Sequence record: NC_041937.1
DNA: 64,000 nt
Source of the DNA: Escherichia phage V18
Direction: 5' to 3' (one strand)
The notes below the pieces were generated by a model. The model was not told the origin of the DNA and searched no databases. It was given only the letters and a program-made list of their open reading frames with translations. Of this stretch, positions 36,983-45,089 are shown in pieces; positions within the stretch are counted from its first letter, which is position 1; each line of letters starts with the position of its first letter. The translations under genes and the position numbers were made by a program.

Positions 36983-36991
36983 TTGCCAACC

Positions 36992-37096
36992 TCACCCGAT
37001 ACCGTTGGAAGACAAGATCACATTAGCCATGGTTGCAATCAGGCCAATACCCAGGGCAATAACCAGGATCACCGCATCAATTAATTTCTGTTTCAT
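36992..37096 (-). CDS. small hydrophobic peptide (34 aa)
   Basis: RBS AGGAAGAGGATAAA; MKQKLIDAVILVIALGIGLIATMANVILSSNGIG. Confidence 0.3.
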   Translation of the reverse strand: MKQKLIDAVILVIALGIGLIATMANVILSSNGIG

Positions 37097-37240
37097 GGTG
37101 TTTATCCTCTTCCTGTTGCGTTTAATGGGGCGCTTGTCTCCCCTACTTATTATGTTTTAATCTTCTTGTTCCAGGTGGCGGACCATTCCACCGCCTTATG
37201 TATTATGCTTTGTAAGATGGTTGTTTGTTTTCAAACTATT

Positions 37241-37420
37241 TTAACGATAATCATCGTACGCTTTATTAACCTGGCGAATATAACATTCAAAAGCCAGATC
37301 AATAGATTTATATTCACGGATATACTCACCATAGGAAACCACATACATTTCTATAGCTTCCTCATATGCGAGGAGAGTAGAATCCAAGCCTACGATCTCA
37401 GTCTTTGCAATAATAGCCAT
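37241..37420 (-). CDS. hypothetical small protein (59 aa)
   Basis: RBS AAAGAGGA before ATG; below ORF-track cutoff. Confidence 0.35.
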   Translation of the reverse strand: MAIIAKTEIVGLDSTLLAYEEAIEMYVVSYGEYIREYKSIDLAFECYIRQVNKAYDDYR

Positions 37421-37490
37421 GATTTTTATCCTCTTTGTGGTTGGTGGGCTTGCCCCTTTGATTTATATACTACAGTCTTATATGGTCATG

Positions 37491-37724
37491 TCAACTATTT
37501 TCAAAAAATTTTTCTGCCGTGATATTCTTCCCGGTGGGGTTCGCCACCTTCAAAATTTTATCATGCACTGGACGCCCAAAAGAATAAGCGCCGTACGCAG
37601 TAAGCCAATAATCCCCGTCAGGCTGTACTATTACCGCCGCATATGGTACGCCTTTTTCGTTTTTGCTGACAAAATAGATCACATTGCCATTAATAGCCTC
37701 AGCGCGTTTAATTTGTTCCATCAT
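37491..37724 (-). CDS. hypothetical protein
   Basis: 77 aa ORF. Confidence 0.4.
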   Translation of the reverse strand: MMEQIKRAEAINGNVIYFVSKNEKGVPYAAVIVQPDGDYWLTAYGAYSFGRPVHDKILKVANPTGKNITAEKFFENS

Positions 37725-37780
37725 GATGATTCACCTATCTTTATTTTTAATAGTTTCAGGCCTTTTTGGCCCCGCCAGGT

Positions 37781-38065
37781 TTATTTATTGATAGCGTGCA
37801 ACGGGAAAGGTACGCCAGGTTGATAGATAACTTTTACAACCTCATCGGGGCAAAAGAAATTACAAAATTCACCCCGATAAGCTTCATCTTCTTTTAATTC
37901 TTCATCAACATACTCAAAAAAGTAGTCGATGCTTGGATAATCCTGACCGGGATTATAGTCAACCATTGTCAGGACTAGTTCAAGATCGTTGCGTAGGATA
38001 TGCATACCTGCTTTTAAGTATTTTGCTTCCATTTCTACTACATCGCCAACGGTAACAATAGCCAT
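37781..38065 (-). CDS. hypothetical protein
   Basis: 94 aa; RBS TAGGAGTTAAAA; leader contains the G17 tract. Confidence 0.4.
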   Translation of the reverse strand: MAIVTVGDVVEMEAKYLKAGMHILRNDLELVLTMVDYNPGQDYPSIDYFFEYVDEELKEDEAYRGEFCNFFCPDEVVKVIYQPGVPFPLHAINK

Positions 38066-38101
38066 GATTTTAACTCCTATCTATCCGGTTAATGATTGGA
38101 G

Positions 38102-38118
38102 CCCCCCCCCCCCCCCCC
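38102..38118. repeat. homopolymeric C17 tract (G17 on the coding strand)
   Basis: 17 consecutive C residues counted in the sequence, 37-53 nt upstream of the 38065 start. Confidence 0.9.
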
Positions 38119-38298
38119 GACACCCTTTATTATCCATATTGTAGGGCTTGATGCAAGTACTTCTTTAAAAATTTTTTAAGCGCCTTGGGGGCCGCTGTAG
38201 CGCTAAAATAATAAAGGCCATGCAACCGCATAGCTTTATGTGATTATATCGCTGCAGGCCCTACCATGGGCCTTATTTTGCATCATTTGCTGGAATTA

Positions 38299-38616
38299 TT
38301 AAGAGAAAACATCGTTCACAATAGCGATCACAATGCCGCCCACCTTGTCACGGTCAACAATGCACAAATCACCATAGATCATGTGGTAGTCTGGATGATC
38401 TTTCACGGAATAGTCAATGAGTGTCTTCTTATCGTCCAGCTTACTAACTTCCATTCTCATAAAGATATGAGAATCATCAAAGGCATTATTCCGAAAAGTC
38501 ATAACCTGACCGCCAGGGCACCCGGTGATTTCCACCTCCACGCCGTCTACGATCTGACCATCAAAGAAATAAAGATTATTAGCGGGTATAAACATGATCA
38601 TTGCTCCTTTTTGCAC
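38299..38616 (-). CDS. hypothetical protein
   Basis: 105 aa; RBS AAAAGGAG. Confidence 0.4.
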   Translation of the reverse strand: MQKGAMIMFIPANNLYFFDGQIVDGVEVEITGCPGGQVMTFRNNAFDDSHIFMRMEVSKLDDKKTLIDYSVKDHPDYHMIYGDLCIVDRDKVGGIVIAIVNDVFS

Positions 38617-38640
38617 TGATTATTTTAACAGGGTTTAAAT

Positions 38641-38689
38641 TTACTTTATTGATGGCCCTGGAGTCAAGGCCATCTAAAAATAAATTTTA
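38641..38689. repeat. copy 1 of a conserved ~50-bp intergenic element
   Basis: ttactttattgatggccctggagtcaaggccatctaaaaataa; near-identical to copies at 42367 and 42987. Confidence 0.7.
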
Positions 38690-38694
38690 CAGGC

Positions 38695-38886
38695 CTACAA
38701 TCTCTTTATTCGTTTTACTGCTGCCTCAGCGCCTTGAGGGTAAAAATTATGGTAACCAATCACGCGGGTAATACTGATCGCCGCCTGATGATCTTCATAA
38801 TACCCCTTGAATATTTCTTGACCATCAACCAGCACAGCAATTTTTTCTTCTTTTTTGAAGTTAATAACGCGGATATTGTTGCTCAT
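38695..38886 (-). CDS. hypothetical protein
   Basis: 63 aa ORF. Confidence 0.35.
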   Translation of the reverse strand: MSNNIRVINFKKEEKIAVLVDGQEIFKGYYEDHQAAISITRVIGYHNFYPQGAEAAVKRIKRL

Positions 38887-39364
38887 TTTGTTTCTCCTTT
38901 TGGAACTTTGTCTGTGTGGTGGGGAGTGTCTCCCCGTTGATTGTTATTATCCATATTCAGGACCGGATTGCAACACCCAGGGAGAAAAAATTTGAAAAGT
39001 TAGGCCCCAGGGATCGGGGCCGTTATCAGGCACGTACAGCGATAAAATACATCCCTACGCCTAACAATATTTCAAGGGCGATGATCTCCAGCCATACCAT
39101 AACACGGCGCGCCTTATCGGTGCTGGGCTTATCCTTGGGTGTCATCGTCTCCCCCTTTCCTCCTGTTAGTAGTGACGTGGTTTGTAATGGTCCCCAGGAG
39201 TATTATCACCACGCACATTACAAGAAAAATTATCTCTGTCGTTGTTCGATCCATTGTTATAAAACTCCTTAAGATCAGGCCTGAAAATAAAGCTTTCGTT
39301 ATTGAATCCATCCCGCCAGGCGGCTGGCTTCAAATCTTCACTAAATGGATTAATTAACGTGGTA

Positions 39365-39736
39365 TTATTTAAACGGCTGGCCCACATATTTTCTATTCCT
39401 CTCAAATAAGCGATCCGCCTCAGTTAAACAAATCTCATGGGCGTGATCTCTGGTTTTAGCTTCATCGAAAACCTGTTGTGCAAGGCTGCAACGTAGGGAG
39501 ACTGGAAGATCACTATAATAGGCGTTGACAAACGTTTGAGCGTCGTACAGGTCTGAAAATACTTTACCCTTTCTATTATTCCCCTTGTCAACAATTGCAA
39601 GGATAACCAATACAATAGTTGCAACCACCCCCAGGAAAATAGATATAATAAACCATAAAAAGGCGGATCTTCCCATCTTGCCAGCGATCCAGGCGTTAAA
39701 CAAGGCAACCAATACAGCCAAAATAATAAATTCCAT
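39365..39736 (-). CDS. membrane protein
   Basis: RBS AAGAGG before ATG 39736 (MEFIILAVLV); two transmembrane segments. Confidence 0.4.
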   Translation of the reverse strand: MEFIILAVLVALFNAWIAGKMGRSAFLWFIISIFLGVVATIVLVILAIVDKGNNRKGKVFSDLYDAQTFVNAYYSDLPVSLRCSLAQQVFDEAKTRDHAHEICLTEADRLFERNRKYVGQPFK

Positions 39737-39877
39737 TCTATGTACCTCTTTTACAGTTCTGATTAACAATAAGGCGGCAAATATGCCGCCTGTTACCTGA
39801 TTAAAAATTATCGCCGTAAAGCTTTCCGCTTTCTGCCCATACCACCACGCGAGGCATACTATCCCACACGTCTTGTT

Positions 39878-40180
39878 TTAGATTAACGCGTGCAATTCTT
39901 CGGTGGTGCTCATACCGGGCACGGGCTGATTGTATACTGCAAAACGACCGCCTGCATAATCATAGGCCAGGGTTAAATCACACTGGATCATCTTTTTGAT
40001 CATGGCATTAAGCATGGCGTTAGCCGCATATTGATCACGTTTTAAAGGCAACTCTTTGATTAGTTTGCGATAGTTTTCGATATGGTCGCACACTGTTTCA
40101 CGAGGAAGATCTTTCATATCCTCGCGAAAGGTAACCAGGTTAAACATAACGGTGTCAATAGCTTTGGTAGTGTTTTTCAT
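39878..40180 (-). CDS. hypothetical protein
   Basis: RBS AAAGAGGA before ATG 40180. Confidence 0.4.
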   Translation of the reverse strand: MKNTTKAIDTVMFNLVTFREDMKDLPRETVCDHIENYRKLIKELPLKRDQYAANAMLNAMIKKMIQCDLTLAYDYAGGRFAVYNQPVPGMSTTEELHALI

Positions 40181-40268
40181 GATGTTATCCTCTTTGTTTT
40201 GTGTGGGGCAAATCATCGCCCCCTTGAGTTTTAATATAGCAGGTTTTTAGGTTATTGCAACACTTTAT

Positions 40269-40478
40269 TTATGAAAAAGTCATCTCACCATATTCATCGA
40301 CATCAAACCGCCAATCATTGGCCTCGATAAGGCCGATCAGGTTTTCTGCGGTGAACTGTTCTAGATAGGCCTCCTCCAGGTCTACGTAAACCTTGCGGGA
40401 TAGCTCCCGTACCGTCTCGGTGATCAGTTCTTCCAGTCTTCCACTTTGTTTTCTTGTTTGGCGGTCAGATCTAGCCAA
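40269..40478 (-). CDS. hypothetical acidic protein
   Basis: 69 aa ORF. Confidence 0.35.
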   Translation of the reverse strand: MARSDRQTRKQSGRLEELITETVRELSRKVYVDLEEAYLEQFTAENLIGLIEANDWRFDVDEYGEMTFS

Positions 40479-40497
40479 GTGGTATCAATGTACCCGC

Positions 40498-40890
40498 TTA
40501 CAGTGTTTTCATGGCTGTAATGGCTGTACTTGTCGCGTTCAACACTGGCTGATAACTCGCATCGTGCATTGTGCCGAACAAGTGACGAATTGATCGGAAC
40601 TTGGTCAGGGCCCTTACTTTACGCAAAAATTTTTCTAAATCCACGTTTTCAGCACTGATTGAAGCGCCGTCACCCTGGCACCAAAAGCCGGACCAATGTA
40701 CTTCGGTATCTTCAAGGCCGTACTCTGGAAAGATATATTCTTTGTAGTGTTCAATTACACTTTCTGCAAAAAAGTCATCCCCGCTGCGTTCTTCTCTTTC
40801 GCGGACCATTTCAATGGCTTTTTCTTTTTGTTCGTCGGTCAGCACGTCGAAAGATAAATTGCAACCTGTAGTAATGTTAACGGTAGTCAT
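40498..40890 (-). CDS. hypothetical protein
   Basis: 130 aa; RBS ATAGGAGAAAA; promoter and leader hairpin upstream. Confidence 0.4.
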   Translation of the reverse strand: MTTVNITTGCNLSFDVLTDEQKEKAIEMVREREERSGDDFFAESVIEHYKEYIFPEYGLEDTEVHWSGFWCQGDGASISAENVDLEKFLRKVRALTKFRSIRHLFGTMHDASYQPVLNATSTAITAMKTL

Positions 40891-40946
40891 GATGTTTTCT
40901 CCTATTTTCTTTGTTAGTGGCGGGAAGTTTTCCCGTTTACGTGTTT

Positions 40947-40975
40947 AAGTATACTTATCAAGATTTACTTGTCAA
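40947..40975 (-). promoter_or_regulatory. sigma70-like promoter (TTGACA-17-ATACTT)
   Basis: plus-strand tgtcaa at 40970-40975 and aagtat at 40947-40952. Confidence 0.5.
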
Positions 40976-41225
40976 CACTATTTTTTAAATTATTGTGGCG
41001 CAAAATGTTTAAAATCTCCTCAACGTCATCAACACGGCGGCAATTTTTAAACGCTACCAATTGCCCCATGATTTTAATCACTGGGCGGCCTTGCCAGTGC
41101 CCCTGGAGAAAGCGCGCCTTGACTTTATCGGTGGAACTATCACGCCACCAAATAGCCTTGTTGTTGCAGTAGTAAAAATTATTCAGGACAACATCAACTT
41201 TATCAAAATTTTTTAATTTACGCAT
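40965..41225 (-). CDS. hypothetical protein
   Basis: 86 aa ORF. Confidence 0.35.
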   Translation of the reverse strand: MRKLKNFDKVDVVLNNFYYCNNKAIWWRDSSTDKVKARFLQGHWQGRPVIKIMGQLVAFKNCRRVDDVEEILNILRHNNLKNSVDK

Positions 41226-41430
41226 GGCGTTTACTCCTTTCTCTCTTTGATGTGGTTAGTATAGCTAACCTGTTGACGATGTCAAGGTTAAATAAAAAAC
41301 TGTCAATGATATTTTTAACGCCATAAAACGGCCCTAAGCGATGTTTTCAGGTTAAAGGGGGGGCGATTGCATAGGTGGGGCCTTTTTGGCGCTTACAGGG
41401 CCAACCAGGGGCGCTATTCGTAGGATAGAA

Positions 41431-41457
41431 ATAAAAAGCCCCGCACAATGGCGGGGC
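41431..41457 (-). terminator. intrinsic terminator
   Basis: gccccgc-6 nt loop-gcggggc then U5 on the minus-strand transcript, just after the 41466 stop. Confidence 0.6.
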
Positions 41458-41465
41458 GTTGGTTG

Positions 41466-41687
41466 TTATTTGTCTTTATGGCGGTATCGTTCTGCCTGTC
41501 GTTCACGTTCCAAAAGTAGGCCGGGCAATTTACGATCATAATGATTGCGCCAGATCTTCCCAAACCTTTTTGGCTTATTCAGTTTATTGTTACGCTGGCG
41601 GCGTTCTGGCAGCTCTTCGGAATCATGAGGGCGCTTTACAATTTTCTCGAAATTAATTTTCATATATTCCCCCCTTGCTAACTTCAA
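41466..41687 (-). CDS. hypothetical basic protein
   Basis: 73 aa, Arg/Lys-rich. Confidence 0.4.
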   Translation of the reverse strand: MKLARGEYMKINFEKIVKRPHDSEELPERRQRNNKLNKPKRFGKIWRNHYDRKLPGLLLERERQAERYRHKDK

Positions 41688-42004
41688 TATTGGCCTGAAT
41701 AGCCGATACGGCGCTTTATAACTTCCTGATCTGTGTGGTCATATCCCCAAAAGTCTACGATTTTTGCGCCTCCAGCCTTTAGGCGGTATAGTGTTTCTTG
41801 CATCTTGTAAGCTGGGATCGGTCGCGGTGTTACCTGGTCGCCTCTCTCATCCTTGTACTTGATAATGTAGTCTTCGTTGTCGTTGAATGCCCAAAATGGG
41901 TATTCTGTGAGCGCGTTGCTATCTTTTTCGTTTTTAGATTGGATCTTGTTTACAATTAAAGCCGTAGCAATAGCGCCAATGATAAAACTAGCCCCGCTAA
42001 TCAT
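41684..42004 (-). CDS. membrane protein
   Basis: 106 aa; N-terminal SFIIGAIATALIV. Confidence 0.4.
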   Translation of the reverse strand: MISGASFIIGAIATALIVNKIQSKNEKDSNALTEYPFWAFNDNEDYIIKYKDERGDQVTPRPIPAYKMQETLYRLKAGGAKIVDFWGYDHTDQEVIKRRIGYSGQY

Positions 42005-42079
42005 GTACTTTCTCCTTTCATGGTGTTAATAAATTATCTTTATAGATGGCCCTGCAACCAGGACCACCGAAAAAACAGC

Positions 42080-42325
42080 TTATTTGACGATACCGACAAA
42101 ACAGATCCCGCCTTCCCCTATATAGGCAATATCGGTAATTTTATAATTTGTCAAGATCTGCTTATTTAGTTCATTAATAAAATCGGTCATTGCGTTGGTG
42201 TAGTTGTCTTCCGTGTCTAAGGCATAATCCCAGGTGTACACCTTTTTACGTCCGAAGCCTTTTACCATGATACGGGCGCTTTTGGTGTTGGTAGGGGCAT
42301 AATATTTGGTGATTAGTGCTGCCAT
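42080..42325 (-). CDS. hypothetical protein
   Basis: 81 aa ORF. Confidence 0.4.
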   Translation of the reverse strand: MAALITKYYAPTNTKSARIMVKGFGRKKVYTWDYALDTEDNYTNAMTDFINELNKQILTNYKITDIAYIGEGGICFVGIVK

Positions 42326-42366
42326 GGTTTTAACTCCTATGCATTAGTTCAGTGTTAACAGTATAA

Positions 42367-42417
42367 AGTTTACTTTATTGATGGCCCTGGTGTCAAGGCC
42401 ATCTAAAAATAAGCTTA
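42367..42417. repeat. copy 2 of the conserved ~50-bp intergenic element
   Basis: 51 nt identical to 42987-43037. Confidence 0.8.
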
Positions 42418-42755
42418 CTCGTTTTCTTCCAGCTCCGCAAGCTCTTCTTTTGCTTCTTCCAACCCTGTCTGTAATTCCTGGTATTCTTCATCGTCCTCAA
42501 TATCCAGCTGTCGATGTAGTCGCTAAATCCGCAGCGGTAAGCGATAGGATCTAGCTCCTTGAGGATACGCGACGGAAGAAAAGAAATGTTTCCGATCATA
42601 ATTTCGCCGTAGATCTCGTCTAACCATTCATCATAGTTTTCGTCGTACTTGTCCTCGTCGATTTCAAAGTTATCGATCTTATTCTCAAGGTCTGCGATCT
42701 GTTTTTTCAGCGCGGCGATCTGCATGGCTTTTTCTGCGGCGGTCATAGTAGTCAT
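42393..42755 (-). CDS. hypothetical coiled-coil acidic protein (3' end probably frameshifted)
   Basis: tracked frame ends in a K/R-rich tail; an alternative frame gives an acidic end LDIEDDEEYQELQTGLEEAKEELAELEENE with stop at 42416. Confidence 0.4.
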   Translation of the reverse strand: MTTMTAAEKAMQIAALKKQIADLENKIDNFEIDEDKYDENYDEWLDEIYGEIMIGNISFLPSRILKELDPIAYRCGFSDYIDSWILRTMKNTRNYRQGWKKQKKSLRSWKKTSKLIFRWP

Positions 42756-42806
42756 GGTGTTTTTCTCCTTTTGTGTGTTCTGGGAAGTTTTCCCGTTTAT
42801 GTGCTT

Positions 42807-42834
42807 ATTATAGCGATTTAAGTTAGCTTGTCAA
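42807..42834 (-). promoter_or_regulatory. sigma70-like promoter (TTGACA-16-TATAAT)
   Basis: plus-strand tgtcaa at 42829-42834 and attata at 42807-42812. Confidence 0.5.
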
Positions 42835-42954
42835 TTAAAAGTTTAAGAAAAATTTTGCGACACCGTTGGCGCTACCCATCAACATTTGCGCCAGGATGTA
42901 CCCAATGATGCAAACGATGATGGTTACCTTTGTGTGCTGGCGTGTAGTGCTCAT
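42835..42954 (-). CDS. small hydrophobic peptide (39 aa)
   Basis: MSTTRQHTKVTIIVCIIGYILAQMLMGSANGVAKFFLNF. Confidence 0.3.
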   Translation of the reverse strand: MSTTRQHTKVTIIVCIIGYILAQMLMGSANGVAKFFLNF

Positions 42955-42986
42955 CTTCAAGCCTCCTTTTTCGCTTAATTGAGATT

Positions 42987-43037
42987 AGTTTACTTTATTG
43001 ATGGCCCTGGTGTCAAGGCCATCTAAAAATAAGCTTA
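42987..43037. repeat. copy 3 of the conserved ~50-bp intergenic element
   Basis: 51 nt identical to 42367-42417. Confidence 0.8.
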
Positions 43038-43183
43038 GTAAATTTTCAGTACTTTACCGTCCAACCTGTCAAGCTGGATCTCGATAGCTGCAGAAAACCT
43101 ATTGTACACCACGTCGCCCATAGAATCCAACCAGTCTATGACGTTATACACTTGCTCTTTGTTCTTGCAGGTCCGGATCCGTT

Positions 43184-43396
43184 TCATGATGTAAGCCGGA
43201 TCAATATTGGTACTCTCGTTGGGGCCTTTACCACCACCTGGAATGGCTTTAAGGTGCCTTTTGCGTTCATCTCACGCGCTTTTGCGGCGCGGTTGTTATA
43301 TGTTACACAACGGCGGCAAATGTTGATCAAATGCATGTCAATAATTTTTTCATCGTTTGCCAACTCGTTCATGATGCGGCGTACGTTCTTATTCAT
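43184..43396 (-). CDS. hypothetical protein
   Basis: 70 aa ORF; C-terminal part may be out of frame. Confidence 0.3.
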   Translation of the reverse strand: MNKNVRRIMNELANDEKIIDMHLINICRRCVTYNNRAAKAREMNAKGTLKPFQVVVKAPTRVPILIRLTS

Positions 43397-43443
43397 GATC
43401 TTTTTCCTTTGTGCTGGCGGGAAACATTCCCGCCTTTTGTGTC

Positions 43444-43472
43444 TAGTTTACTTAAATTTTGCAGCGTGTCAA
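43444..43472 (-). promoter_or_regulatory. sigma70-like promoter (TTGACA-17-AAACTA)
   Basis: plus-strand tgtcaa at 43467-43472. Confidence 0.45.
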
Positions 43473-43478
43473 TGATTT

Positions 43479-43877
43479 TTATTCGTGGGCGCATGTTACA
43501 ATGTGCTTTTTATAACCCAGGTGGTCAGCAAGTGCCGACAAAAACTCTTCTTCGTAGATCCAGCCGTCGGCAGTGATCCCCATAGCATCTAATGCGCTTT
43601 CAAGTGCTGCGTTGGCTTTATCGTAACCGTGACCGCTCGCCTTGCCGCCAGTATAACCGTACTTATTGTTCTTGTTGTCGTGAATCCAAAACACGCAGTA
43701 GTAAGTGTTCCCGCTGGCTGCGGCATAATACCGGATCTCAGCTACTTCGTGCAAATTATTGTCATCGTCCAGGCCCACCAGATTATAAGCCTTGTAAAAT
43801 CCACGATCACGGCGGCAGTTCTTAACATCAGAAAAAGAGAAGTTAGCATTATCAAAATTAAAGGTAGTGGTTTTCAT
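43479..43877 (-). CDS. hypothetical protein
   Basis: 132 aa; RBS AAGAGGATAAA. Confidence 0.4.
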   Translation of the reverse strand: MKTTTFNFDNANFSFSDVKNCRRDRGFYKAYNLVGLDDDNNLHEVAEIRYYAAASGNTYYCVFWIHDNKNNKYGYTGGKASGHGYDKANAALESALDAMGITADGWIYEEEFLSALADHLGYKKHIVTCAHE

Positions 43878-43941
43878 GATTTTATCCTCTTAGTGTCTTT
43901 TGTGCTTTCAGTGTATTTTGTGTCAGACTATATGTCAATAC

Positions 43942-44139
43942 TTATTTTTTATTAAACCAGTGGTTGATCTGACCTTTTGTCAGGGCGCAACGGTTAAGCT
44001 GTTGCAGGGTATAGCTATGACCGCGACGGAATTTATAAAGGCCTTGCCCGTTGTTGATGGTTACATCCACCCGGCAAATCACTTGATTGGTGACCACCTG
44101 GCGAGTATTGCGACGTACTTTAATTCCGTAGGCGTTCAT
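43942..44139 (-). CDS. hypothetical basic protein
   Basis: 65 aa; RBS AGAGGATAAA. Confidence 0.35.
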   Translation of the reverse strand: MNAYGIKVRRNTRQVVTNQVICRVDVTINNGQGLYKFRRGHSYTLQQLNRCALTKGQINHWFNKK

Positions 44140-44215
44140 GATTTTTATCCTCTCTGTTAATTAGTGTGGTGTTGTTCACCTTGCGAGGATAAGAATAACA
44201 GAACTATCCGAGCTG

Positions 44216-44386
44216 TCAACCATTGGTTAGAATTATTTTTTGGGCAGAATCCCCGCCCAGGTTAACCATCATTTTTTCGTACTCTTCTTTATGTTCCAAT
44301 GCTTCCGTTTTAGCCTTTTCGACCAGGGTGATAGCCTCAGCGTCATTAATCGCTACATTTCCCAGGTGAGTAGCATTACCTTTCAT
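44216..44386 (-). CDS. hypothetical small protein (56 aa)
   Basis: strong RBS GAGGAGGT 7 nt before ATG; translation checked by hand. Confidence 0.4.
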   Translation of the reverse strand: MKGNATHLGNVAINDAEAITLVEKAKTEALEHKEEYEKMMVNLGGDSAQKIILTNG

Positions 44387-44544
44387 TTTTGTACCTCCTC
44401 TTCAATTGTTTACCCTACAGCATGGGCCTACCAGGTTTGCAAGATTTCACCCTCTCCCACCTGGTCAGTTAGGTCCTGCCAGGCTGGCCCCGCCAGGTTG
44501 CAGCGGTTGGCGCATTATGTTAGAAAAAAAATTTTGAAAAGGTG

Positions 44545-44573
44545 TTGACAGCGGCCCCGCCAGGTGGCACAAT
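44545..44573 (+). promoter_or_regulatory. sigma70-like promoter on the plus strand inside the minus arm
   Basis: TTGACA at 44545-44550, 17-nt GC-rich spacer, CACAAT. Confidence 0.4.
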
Positions 44574-44670
44574 ATACCTATCGAAAGGACGGCAGGCACC
44601 GGTGACGGGGGAGACAACCACCGGGGATGGGCGCTGCATAAAATGAGAACGGTTATCATTATCATTTAAA
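44574..44670 (+). ncRNA. candidate small non-coding element, copy 1
   Basis: no ORF; GGGAGACAACCACCGGGG core and GAGAACGGTTATCATTATCATT tail; paralogous to 44720-44800. Confidence 0.3.
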
Positions 44671-44719
44671 AATTTATGCAAAAAATCCTTGCTTTCTTTG
44701 TCCTGTGTGATACTATAAT

Positions 44720-44800
44720 AACAAGCCGGGGCAACAGGGGCCGGGAGACAATCACCGGGCCTGCCCGTTATTCTGCAAACGAGAATGATTATCATTCAAA
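44720..44800 (+). ncRNA. candidate small non-coding element, copy 2
   Basis: TATAAT at 44714-44719 upstream; GGGAGACAATCACCGGG core and palindrome GAATGATTATCATTC. Confidence 0.3.
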
Positions 44801-44913
44801 ATTCTAAATGAGAACTCCTCGCATTTAACAAATTTAATTAGCATGCTAATTACCTTCCGTAACAATTTCCTATAAAATAGTACCCCATAAAATATTCCCA
44901 TATAGAAATTTTA

Positions 44914-45089
44914 AAAATCCATTTCTGAAAACGAAAAATCGATTTCGTTCCCAAAAATTTTAGACCTGGTGCTGGACCAATTTCAAGAAAATCCGATTCA
45001 GAAAACGAAAAACAGATCGAGTACCGAAAAATTTATCGAGAAAAATTTTCAGAAAATTCAATCTTTGAAACGAAAAACAGATCGAGTAC
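44914..45089. repeat. tandem direct repeats (three units of ~66-74 bp)
   Basis: gaaaacgaaaaa(c/t)... at 44927, 45001, 45067; a 23-mer is identical between units 2 and 3. Confidence 0.7.

Noticed and set aside
44240-44795. ORFs 44240-44548(+), 44465-44665(-), 44520-44795(-) and 45144-45398(-)
   Set aside because: They overlap the hand-verified small gene 44216-44386 or the repeat/promoter island and lack translation signals.
44914-45089. Possible CRISPR array suggested by the tandem repeats
   Set aside because: Only three units, repeat units differ from each other, intervening segments are short and partly related, and no cas genes are nearby; better explained as iteron-like tandem repeats.
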